Assembly (NCBI RefSeq): GCF_006345805.1
Contig: NW_021836320.1
Coordinates: forward strand, 1-24,685
Length of the DNA stretch: 24,685 nucleotides
Direction of reading: 5' to 3'
Source: Octopus sinensis
Taxonomy: Eukaryota
Part shown: positions 10,481-20,772 of the stretch, piece after piece
How the letters are laid out: every line of letters starts with the position of its first letter
Position numbering within the stretch: the first letter of the stretch is position 1
Notes under the pieces: generated by a model
The model's input: the letters and a program-made list of their open reading frames with translations, nothing else
Database searches by the model: none
Told to the model about the DNA's origin: nothing
Translations under genes and position numbers: made by a program

Positions 10481-11459
10481 GTGTCATAGCACTGACTACC
10501 CATGCAGTCGTTGTGCACTCTCAGTGATTAAATATCTTGCTCAGATGAACTAAAATTGTACTAAGTTCATGAGTGTGTGTTTGTGTGTGTGTTTGAATAT
10601 GGGTGAGAAAGAGTGTGTGTGTGAGTGAGTATTAGAGTGTGTGTGTGTATGTGCGTATATATGTGTATGTGTAATGTGTGTGTTCATGTTGTTTAAACGC
10701 CAAACAAAACATGAGGCTTTCTCTTTGATCTTTGATGAAGTAGTTTGTTCTTAAATTAAAATTAGTATTCAGCGGTGAAGATACTCAGCCACAAGTGTGG
10801 AGTATACCAACAAACAGGTGGTGGTGGTGAGGAGTACTCACATGGTTTGGTGAGGGTAGGGGTGGTTACCCAGTGACGAGTTACTTCGTCAGGGAAATTT
10901 TGCCATTGTCACATTTTTTTATTTTTTCTTCTTATTTTCGTTAATTTTCCATGGTATTAGTGAACAATAGCGTCGTTGGTCTCAGGAGATTAGTGCAGAC
11001 TATCTATATATCTCACTATGAATAAGTGTGGGGTGTATTGAGTCTGTGAGAGCTGTATGTGCATGTGTGTGCGTATATGTGTATATGTGTATATACGTAT
11101 GTGTTTGTATGTGTACTTTAGAGTTACAGAAATATTTCAGCAAGAGATATTTTATACAAATAACTAGAAAATATAGACTTTCTGTTTTCAAGGAATCAAA
11201 TAAATATAAAAGAGAGCCGAGATAAGAGAGAAAGGTTTGAGGAAATTTGAATAACAATAACCGAAATTCAGCAAAAAGAAAACTTCCCCTAAAAATTGAA
11301 GCGAAAATAGGATACAGCGTGCGAGAATGAATTGCTGGTACGGTTGGTTCTTATATTTGAAAAGGCTGAATAAAGTAAAAATAGGCAAAAAAAAAAAAAC
11401 ATTGCTTTTGTTCCAGCTGGAAATCGCAGGACACAAATCTGACATTGAAGAATTCCTGA

Positions 11460-11480
11460 TAGTAATAATAATATAATAAT

Positions 11481-11517
<37 letters not shown>

Positions 11518-11722
11518 TAATTATATTATTATTATAATAACAACATTAATAATAATAATAACATTAATAATAATAAGATAGAATAATAATAATAATTAAT
11601 ATAAGTAATAATAATAATAATAAACAATAATAATAAATAAAAATAATAATAACAATAATAACAATAATAATAATAATAAAATAACATAATAATAATGATA
11701 ATAATTATTATTATTATTAATT

Positions 11723-11763
<41 letters not shown>

Positions 11764-11989
11764 TAATAATAATAATAATAATAATAATTATTATTATTAT
11801 TATAATAACAACATTAATATAATAATAACATTAATAATAATAATGATAATAATAATAATATAATAATAGTAATAATAATAATAATAATATAACAAATAAT
11901 AATAATAATAATAATAATAACAATAATAAAATAATAATAATAATAATAACAATAATAATAATGATAATAATTATTATTTTATTAATTAT

Positions 11990-12027
<38 letters not shown>

Positions 12028-12255
12028 TAATAATAATAATAATAATATAATTATTATTATTATTATTATAACAACACATTATATAATAATAATAACATTA
12101 ATAATAATAATGATAATAATAATAATAATAATAATAGTAATAATAAACAACAATAATAATAATAACATTAATAATAAATAATAATAATAATAAATAATAA
12201 TAATAATAACTATAACAACGATGATGATGATGATGGTGATAATAATAATAATAAC

Positions 12256-12322
<67 letters not shown>
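11460..12322. repeat. ~860-bp (AAT)n tract with internal inversions and higher-order periodicity
   Basis: Directly visible; see findings. Confidence 0.95.
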
Positions 12323-12325
<3 letters not shown>

Positions 12326-12868
12326 GCTCTGATGCAGTACCAGGCAGTGGTTCTCATGGCTCCTGATCTTAACTGATTGGAAGTGTTATCATGTACATTG
12401 GTATAAATGATGGGCTACAGCAAATATTCTGCCCAATACCACAGATTTGCTTGTCAGTTGTTTGACCTTAACCAGTTGACCCTGTCCCTTAGTGGCTGAT
12501 GAAATGTGCATCTCTGATCACGAGCAAAAGTGGGGTAACATCATAGCCATGTGTTGAGAGGGATTCTTAGACGTTTGGATAATTCACCTTTGGAAACATG
12601 GGTGGTTCGTTCAACATCGTTAAACAACCCTTATTCAGGGACCTTTTGAGCAGGATGGGTTACTCAACCAAAAGAAAATTCTAACTGGGCCCCACCTGCA
12701 AGGTCATGCGCTGTTTATATTGATATGAGATCACCATGTCGCGCACATATGGTTGTGATGCATGTGCCTAGTGTACCCTTATCAGACGGGTAGTCATGAT
12801 GGATATACTGGGCTTCGTTTATTTTACCCCAATGTCACTTTGATGTCATGCACTGCTCTCCCACTCTA
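12323..12868. mobile_element. ~550-bp non-coding interspersed element inserted in (AAT)n
   Basis: Complex sequence with sharp boundaries, flanked on both sides by (AAT)n, with no coding motif. Resembles a common Octopus repeat (recognition only). Confidence 0.6.
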
Positions 12869-12923
12869 TAATAATAAAATAATAATAATAATAATAATAA
12901 TAATGATAATAATAATAATAATA

Positions 12924-12957
<34 letters not shown>

Positions 12958-13073
12958 GAATAAGAAGAAGAAGAAGAAGAAGAAGAAGGAGGAGGAGGAG
13001 AAGGAGGGGAAGAAGAATAACAGCAACAACAGCAACAACAACAACAACAAAACAGCAACAACTAATAATGATA
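12869..13073. repeat. Trinucleotide series (AAT)n-(AAG)n-(AGG)n-(AAC)n
   Basis: Directly visible. Confidence 0.95.
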
Positions 13074-13290
13074 ATCCTTTGTACTATCGACGCAAGAACT
13101 GAAATTTTGGGGAAGAGGAGTAGTCGATTATATCGACCTCAGTGTTCCACTGGTACTTTATTTATCGACCCCAAAAGGATAAAAGGCAAAGTCAACCTCG
13201 GCAGAATTTGAACGCAGAACGTAAAGACGGACGAAATACCGTTAAGCATTTTGTCCGGCATGCAAAAAGATTCTGCCTTTTCGCCGCCTT
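13074..13290 (-). mobile_element. tRNA-derived SINE family A, full length
   Basis: Minus strand: aaggcggcg head, B-box-like gcgttcaaattctg, central domain, and tail aaaggattat. Confidence 0.9.
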
Positions 13291-13303
13291 AATAACAATA
13301 ATA

Positions 13304-13517
13304 ATCCTTTCTACTATAGGCACAAGGCCTGAAATTTGGTGGAGGGGACTAGTCGATTACATCAACCCTAGTACTCAACTGGTACTTATATATGGACTCC
13401 GAAAGGATGAAAGGTAAAGTCGACCTCACCGGAATTTGAACTCAGAACGTAACGGCAGACGAAATACCGCTATGCATTTTATCCAGCTTGCTAACGATTC
13501 TGCCAGCTCGCCGCCTT
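13304..13517 (-). mobile_element. tRNA-derived SINE family A, full length
   Basis: Minus strand: A box TGGCAGAATCG, B box GAGTTCAAATTCC, central cctttcatcctttcgg, and tail gtagaaaggattatt. Confidence 0.92.
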
Positions 13518-13518
13518 C

Positions 13519-13527
13519 TTAATGATG

Positions 13528-13573
<46 letters not shown>

Positions 13574-13639
13574 TAATATAATAATAATATAATAATAATA
13601 ATAAAAAATAATAATAAAATAATAATATAATAATAATAA

Positions 13640-13687
<48 letters not shown>

Positions 13688-13704
13688 TAATAATAATAAT
13701 ATAA

Positions 13705-13735
<31 letters not shown>

Positions 13736-13792
13736 ATAATAATAATAATAATAATATAATAATAATAATAATATAATAATAATAATAGTAAC

Positions 13793-13871
<79 letters not shown>
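13519..13871. repeat. (AAT)n tract
   Basis: Directly visible. Confidence 0.95.
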
Positions 13872-13874
<3 letters not shown>

Positions 13875-14606
13875 TCAAGACATGAGAGAGCTGGCCAATA
13901 TCTACACTGGATTATGTATCAACATTATAAAATCAAAGCTGCTGACAAATGGCAAAAGGACCACCCCGAGGCTGTAACTGAGGGAGAAAATGTAATGATT
14001 CTTTGGGACTTTCCAGTAAGTACAGATGAGACCATCAAAGCAAACAAACCAGATATTGTCGAGAAAGACCAAAGCAGTAAAGTCTGTTTATTGATTGCCA
14101 TGAGCGAACCCTGTGACCAAAATATCTCGGCAAAAGAATTTGATAAGCTCAGAAAATATAAAGATTTGCTAATCGAAATCGAAAAGATGTAGCATCTCAA
14201 GATGGTTTCAATACCAGTTACTGTAGGAGCTCTTGGAATGATCAAAAAAGGAACTGAAAATTATTTAAGAATGATCTCTGGCTTACCATCGATGACGGAA
14301 GTACAAAAGATTGGCTTTACTGGTAACTGGTCACGCGTATTGAGAAGAGCATTGTCGATGTGAATTTTCTTTCCCTTTTACCCCCTTTATTTTCTTGATT
14401 TGCTTTTTTATTTTTCATTTTTTTCTCTCTGTCTTTCTTTCCCTTTTTCTCTATCACATGACTTTGCAAATGGACAATTTAGTGTGTTTATCTGAATGGC
14501 CAACCAATGTATACAGTGAGTTTCTCTGCCTTAGGTGTCAAGAAGACACTCGGCAAGAAATGGAAAAAGAACTGAAAGAAGATGCTAATGAAATGAAAAC
14601 AAAAAT
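13872..14606 (+). mobile_element. 5'-truncated R4/Dong-like non-LTR retrotransposon: REL endonuclease pseudo-ORF (to ~14363) plus 3' UTR
   Basis: RHERAGQYLHW..HPEAVTEGENVMILWDFPV..IKANKPDIV..CLLIAMSEP..KEFDKLRKYKDL.IEIEKM*HLK..IPVTVGALGMI..EVQKI..LRRALSM*. The RHD, KPDI, KxxKY and GALG motifs appear in order, with an internal stop and a frameshift. Begins directly at an (AAT)n tract. Confidence 0.9.
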
Positions 14607-14708
14607 AAGGCCTGAAACTTTTGTGGAGCGGAGTAGTCGATTAGATCGACCTCCTTTATTTATCCACTCCGAAAGGATGAAAGTAAAGTCGACCTCGGCA
14701 GAATTTGA
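14607..14708 (-). mobile_element. SINE family A fragment with internal deletion
   Basis: aaggcctgaaa..agtcgattagatcgacc..ccgaaaggatgaaag..gtcgacctcggcagaatttga. Confidence 0.85.
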
Positions 14709-14948
14709 CAATACCTATTTCTTTATTACCCACAAGGGGCTAAACATAGAAGGGACAAACAAGGACAGACATAGGTATTAAGTCGATTACATCGACTCCA
14801 GTGCGTAACTGGTACTTAATTTATCGTCCCCGAAAGGATGAAAGGCGAAGTCGACCCCGGCGGAATTTGAACTCACAACGTAACGACAGACGAAACACCG
14901 CTAAGCATTTCGCCCGGCGCGCTAACGTTTCGGCTAGCTCGCCGCCTT
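14709..14948 (-). mobile_element. SINE family A variant with an alternative 3' tail
   Basis: Head and core match family A (14781-14948), but 14709-14780 replaces the usual tail. Confidence 0.88.
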
Positions 14949-14950
14949 CT

Positions 14951-14958
14951 TAATAGTA

Positions 14959-15047
<89 letters not shown>

Positions 15048-15051
15048 AATA

Positions 15052-15084
<33 letters not shown>
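14951..15084. repeat. (AAT)n tract
   Basis: Directly visible. Confidence 0.95.
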
Positions 15085-15085
<1 letters not shown>

Positions 15086-15633
15086 CGATAAGTAAATATT
15101 TCCGGTTGTGTAGTTGTGCCTGCCAATTTAATAGGTGTGGTATGACTTTAGCAGAACGGTGAAGAGTGTAAAATCGATTCAATAATGTGTTAAAGGAAGA
15201 GTTTACTGAGTAAGTAAAAAAAAACCCCAGAAAACAAAACAAAAAGGCCAAAAAATATATATACGAAATAATGTAACAAGTGAGTTAAGAGTGTTTAAAT
15301 GTGAGGTAAGAGGGCGGGAGTGGCGGGAAGAGGGAGCCGAGTGATGAAGTAGATTTACCACTTCACCAATTGCTATATTATGGCTGATTAACACATGTTC
15401 TATGCTCCGTTATGTGTCGACTGAATACCTCATTAAGCTCTACTTCGATTTCGTCCTTTGTTAAGGCAAGGCTGGCCTATAACCGTATAAATGTGAATGG
15501 CTTTTAGTGTGATTAAGAAGAGGAAAATGCTTGGATCAGAGGAAATAAGGAATTATTAGTTTCATCGGCTAAATGGACAATACAACTTTTTTTTTCGAGA
15601 TCAAGTAATGGTACCTTTATTAGTATCATTGCA

Positions 15634-15649
15634 GTATTATTATTGTTAC

Positions 15650-15706
<57 letters not shown>

Positions 15707-15721
15707 TATTATTATTATCAT

Positions 15722-15753
<32 letters not shown>

Positions 15754-15815
15754 TTATTATTATTATTATTATTATTATTGTTATTATTATTGTTATTATT
15801 ATTGTTATTATTATT
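15634..15815. repeat. (ATT)n tract with internal (AGT)n
   Basis: Directly visible. Confidence 0.95.
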
Positions 15816-16652
15816 GAGTGCTTTTGTTGCACAACCGAACACAATTCTAAGTACCTTGGATAGATAGGTGCAGTGTTTTGTTTGGGTTTTCTACGTAATG
15901 TGTGTATGTGCGTGTGTGTGTATGTGCGTGTGTGTGACTGTGCGTGTGTATGTGCCTACGTATGTACCTGTATGCGTGTGTGTGAGCCAAATAATAATGA
16001 TATTATCTGTCTGTTATACACGTATGTCTAAGTCCCGGAGTTTTGTTTAGGGTATTTCTTAAAAACCATCCTTAGGGTTTCTCTAATTTCTGTTCTCAAC
16101 CCTTTCCCCTCACATCCAGGTTATTTGCTGATCCAAATTAAATATATTTGGACAATTTCTTCATGTCTTGGAGAAATACATTCTCATCTATTAGGAATAA
16201 CGCTGAAATTAGCAGACAAGTGTTTTATTTCCTGCTAATCTTTGACAACAACGTATCATTGGATTAATCTTAATCCCTTTGTGTGAATAGACATGTCCTC
16301 TTGGCTAAGGTCACCTTGACATACTCTGAAATCTTTCTTTGTCTATATTTGTACCAATTCTTTTCTGTGATTTATTACTATTTATCCTGATCGAATATAT
16401 TTATGATCAAAAGCATGCCATCCATGGCCATCGAGCTTCTAGACGCAACCAGGAATGTATTAAGATGCTAGAATGTAATTTGAGGTAAATTGGCTTGCTA
16501 TTTCTGGCAGGTCGTACGAATTCAGAGAGAGTACCTCACTGATCCGTGGGTATTTCCTAATGCAGGCATTAATTACCCTCTCTCATAATCTAGATTTTAA
16601 TCACTAATGTTTAGAAGTCCAGTACTCACACACACACGCGCGCGCGCACGCA

Positions 16653-17950
16653 TTGATTGATCCCACAAATATTGCGGTTTTTTAAATCCTTCTTTTATTT
16701 TTAAAAATCAAGATAAACAAAGTTCTTTTTTAAATCTAGAATATACTCTCCATCAATTTCTACAATGCTCTTCCATCTATCTAGAAGATTTGCAAGGCCC
16801 CTCTTCCAAAATTCACTTGTCCATGACGAAAAATATTCTTCCTATGCTGTTCTGACCTCATCTACAGAATTCATATTTTTTCCGTCCAAATGATTTTGGA
16901 GACTGCGGAATAAATGATAATCAGATGAAGAAATATCGGTGAATATGGTGGGTGGGCCACCGTTTCCCATTCAAACTGCTCCAGCCTTTGAAATGTCATC
17001 CTCACTATATGTAGCTGAGCATTATCCTGATTGAAGAACATCTTTCGTCTTGAAACCATGAAACCAAAGATGGTCATTTTCCTTCTAGCGCTGACTTAAT
17101 CCGCTCAAGCCGCTCACAGTAGATCTCCTTTGTTATCGTTTGGTTTGGGTTTAAAAGTTGAAAGTGGACTAAACCTTTCATATCCCACCAAACAAATAAC
17201 AACACCTTACGTGGGTGAAGACCTTCTTTAGCCTGGGGTACTGGTGTTTCTTCTTTCCCTAACCACTGTCTTCGGTACTTGATATTTTTATAGAGAACTC
17301 TTTTCTCGTCACCAGTCACTATTCGGTCCAAAAAAGGTTTCATTCGTGAGACGTGACAGCAAAGAAGACCCGACATTCAGTCTCTGCGTGTGATTAGACT
17401 TGGAAATTTTGTGAGGAACCCATTGACTCAATTTCCTGACTTTTTCCGATGGTATGCAGGTGTCGATGAATGGTTGAATGACCAAATCCAACCTTCTCTC
17501 CTAGTTCTTCTAGTTTCGATGGAATTTTGTTCTACCAGAGTTTGCAGGACGTCCTCGTCGAGCTCTACAGATCTTCTAAGACGAGGTTCGTCTTCTTGGC
17601 TGTAGTTTCCAGTTCAGAATTTCTGGAACCCCCATTGACACTGGCTTACGCTTATTGTCAGATCCCCATAGACTGCATTAATATTCTTTGCACTCTCCGT
17701 TGCAGTGCTGCCTTCATTGAACACATAAAACGAAATATGGCAAATATACTCCTTTGTCACTTCCATTATAGCTTTGAAAAGATAACTGTTAAAGTCGAAC
17801 TGCACTCTTCAAAACTTGCACTAAGAATAAGTACAAGGTAACATTACTGTCTTATTTTATTGCAAGTTGATGCAGGTAGTTTATCCCGTCTCCTCCGACT
17901 TTTAGTTCATGCAATTGAAAAAAACTCGCTTTATTCATGGGATGACCCAC
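16653..17950 (-). mobile_element. Full-length decayed mariner DNA transposon (~1.3 kb) with TIRs
   Basis: Left end ttgattgatcccacaaatattgcggtttttt versus right-end reverse complement gtgggtcatcccatgaataaagcgagtttttt; encloses a transposase pseudogene. Confidence 0.92.
16733..17766 (-). pseudogene. Mariner transposase pseudogene
   Basis: MEVTKEY..INAVYG..; WVPHKI; FLDRIVTGDEK; LHPRKVLLFVWWD; QDNA; HPPYSP(D)ISSSDYHLFRSLQNHL; RW..GEYI. These are the canonical mariner motifs, broken by stops and frameshifts. Confidence 0.95.
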
Positions 17951-18444
17951 CATATATATTGATATGTATAATGTAACGATAAATCTCCAGTATTTTTCTC
18001 CGTATTTATGATGCCTACATTAATCCCCAGTTTATGAAAGTCCAAACTCTCTGTCTGTTTATCTCTTCTCTCTCTCCTCTCCCCCTCTCTCATCCCCATC
18101 TCTCTCTTTCCATACATAATGCAAGCTTTAATGGAAACCCAACTCATCTCTTTGTATGTAATATTTGCATTACTCTAATGTATGGAAGCCCCGACTCATC
18201 ACTCTTTATACAATGTTAGCATTAGTCCCCAGCTTATAGACGATCCAATCCTTTTCTTTGTATATTTAGTTTTGGCTTCCATATATTTGTCATCGAGCGA
18301 AGTTGACCCAAAAGCCAGAGACAAATAGATTTAACTCGATTCTAGTAAATTACCCCTGAATAAAGGGGCCGGAGAGATGCAGCCGACAGAATTCTCGTCG
18401 AAATGATTTAGTTATGTAGCTTTACATTTAGTGTCTAAAGAAGG

Positions 18445-18661
18445 GTGAAGGATGCGTTGAATCGTTAGGGTGTTAGACGAAATGCCTTGCGGTAGTTGTT
18501 CCGGCTCTTTACGATCTGAGTTCAAATTTCACCGAGGTCAACTTTGTCTTTCATCTTTTCGGGATCGATAAAATAAGAACTGGTCAAACACTGAGCTCGA
18601 TGTATTCGACGAGACCTACTCCTCATCCAAAATTTCAGGCCTGGTGCCTGTAGCAGAAAGG

Positions 18662-18664
<3 letters not shown>
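18445..18664 (+). mobile_element. tRNA-derived SINE family A, diverged
   Basis: gaatcgttag..GAGTTCAAATTTC..ctttcatcttttcgggatcgataaa..caggcctggtgcct..agaaaggattatt. Confidence 0.88.
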
Positions 18665-18735
<71 letters not shown>

Positions 18736-18760
18736 CATTATTATTATTATTATTAATATT

Positions 18761-18791
<31 letters not shown>

Positions 18792-18805
18792 TTATTATTA
18801 TTATT
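18662..18805. repeat. (ATT)n/(CTT)n tract
   Basis: Directly visible. Confidence 0.95.
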
Positions 18806-19090
18806 TGATGAAAACTCTCAGCTTATTTTACTGGGTTATGATGGAAAGTGTCAGCTGTCCACAGCCCGCAGACTCAAGTGACACTTGTTTACTGATCATG
18901 TTTCAAGAATCCTGCGAAGAATTCTTGCATTTCCAAGCAATGTTGATTTTTGCAGACGTTCTATCTTTACATTTGCACCAGTCTTTTTCAGCCATGTTGG
19001 TAGTTGCGTGCTTCCAAGCGCACCAATTCCTATTGGTATCGCGTCCGTTCTCTTCATTGCCCACAACCTGCCTATTTCCCACTTCAAGTA
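18806..19090 (-). mobile_element. R4/Dong-like retrotransposon 3' end (ORF C-terminus, 3' UTR, (AAT)n tail)
   Basis: LKWEIGRLWAMKRTDAIPIGIGALGS..KIERLQKSTLLGNARILRRILET*, followed by a ~90-nt UTR and an (AAT)n tail on the minus strand. Confidence 0.88.
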
Positions 19091-19528
19091 GTCGTTGTTG
19101 TTCACTTCTACTTTTTGTTCTACCCGGATCTCAGTCTGGTTTTGGACCTTCCAGGGAATCTATTGATGAGGCCTGTGCTTATCAACTACAGAAGTAATGT
19201 TACAACCCAAGAACTAACACGAAACTTTAATTTCATAATTCGAGAAACATTGTGTTAAGACCTATTTAAATTTGAAATAACAATTATCATTATGATTTTT
19301 AGAATTTGCATTAATATTATCATCATCCTCATGAAGTATTATAATTCATTTAAATGGTATTAAATTAGAAAAATAAATGATTATTTTGAATTCTTCGCAA
19401 ATATCTTATATCTACACAAGTCGAAAGCCAAAGTACGGTGCCAGTCTTCCACCCTGATTCCTTTTAGAGTAAAAATTAGAGTCAGGGATACGTTATTTCG
19501 CTTACTCTGTTACCCATCGTCCTCTCAG

Positions 19529-19739
19529 CTATGTTTCAGCTCGATATATCGGCAAAACTCATCTAGTGTCCAGATCTTCTTCCGAACAGAAAGCAGGCTA
19601 TGTGGACAAGCAGTGGACAAGCAGTCTCGTACGACATGAGGAACTGAACTTGAGAACGAAGGAGATTCTTCAGATTGTGTCACTTCAGTTGAAGCATCAC
19701 AAACATTTTGCGCTCGTGTTTGGGAGAAAACGGTTATAA
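19529..19739 (+). other. Candidate terminal exon (unassigned)
   Basis: Pyrimidine-rich acceptor ccatcgtcctctcAG (19527-19528); 69 open codons YVSARYIG..FGRKRL to TAA (19737-19739); AATAAA at 19802. No recognisable homology. Confidence 0.2.
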
Positions 19740-19860
19740 ATTTTAGTATAAGGACAACAACAATAACAACAACGGCAAGAAGTAGGAAACTGGTGGAAGT
19801 TAATAAAAGCAGGAAAAATATAGACCACTTCCAAAGCCATCCCAAGCGACATTATGCAAG

Positions 19861-20260
19861 TCGTTGTTGTTATTGTTGTAGTCATCATCATCATTATCAT
19901 TATCACCACCACAACCGCCACCATCACCACACCCACCACCATCACTACCACAACTAGCAACCACCAACACTACCGTCACCAACACTACTTCCAGCAGCAC
20001 CACCACCACCAACAACAACAACACTACTGCCACCAGCACTACCTTCCAATCCACCAATACCACCACCACCTCCACCACCACCGCCACCACCAACACCACC
20101 ACCACCGCCGCCACCACCACTACCACTACCTTCTCACCCCACCCCACCACCACCAAGTGGCCAGTAGTCACAGCAGTAAAGTGAACCACAGTCAGTCAGT
20201 GCTGTCCCTGACACTCCATCTACAACAACAACACCACCCACCCACCCACCCACCCTGCGC
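19861..20260. repeat. Degenerate (GTT)/(CAT)/(CAC)n trinucleotide tract
   Basis: Directly visible. Confidence 0.85.
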
Positions 20261-20379
20261 GCCACACAATCATCGGTTCAGTGCAATGTTTTCATTGTAC
20301 AAAAGTTGCAAATTAACACTTATTATATTTGGTTTCCGACAGCTTCAACGGACAGCTTTCAGTCACGTGATGGCGCTGC

Positions 20380-20528
20380 ACATATATGTGCGCATGTATG
20401 TGTATATATATATACATGTATGTATGTACAACCACACACACACGCATACGTATGACATAACACGTTCATAATTCGCACGGTTATACTAACATGCGCATAG
20501 GTATACATGTGTATGTGGTGTTTCTGCT

Positions 20529-20561
<33 letters not shown>

Positions 20562-20567
20562 TATCAT

Positions 20568-20606
<39 letters not shown>

Positions 20607-20772
20607 TATGTGTGTATGTATGTATGTGCACATACAACACACACACATATATATACATACACATAGATATATATGTATGTGTATGTCTATGCATGTGTGT
20701 ATGTGTGTGTGTGTTTATGTGTGTAAGTGTGTGTCTGTACGTGTGTGTGTATCCATATATACACTTATATAT
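20380..20772. repeat. (TA)n/(TG)n/(CA)n low-complexity tract
   Basis: Directly visible. Confidence 0.9.

Noticed and set aside
10872-10893. tgacga-gttact-tcgtca hairpin with CTGACGA on the minus strand
   Set aside because: No GAAA follows; a short hairpin expected by chance.
12494-12530. Hammerhead core CTGATGA in the 550-bp element
   Set aside because: No properly placed GAAA or helices downstream.
13430-13517. tRNA gene
   Set aside because: A and B boxes belong to a SINE head repeated many times in the window; no cloverleaf evident.
16380-16560. Possible ancient repeat, faintly similar to 2890-2965
   Set aside because: Too degenerate to define boundaries or class from sequence alone.
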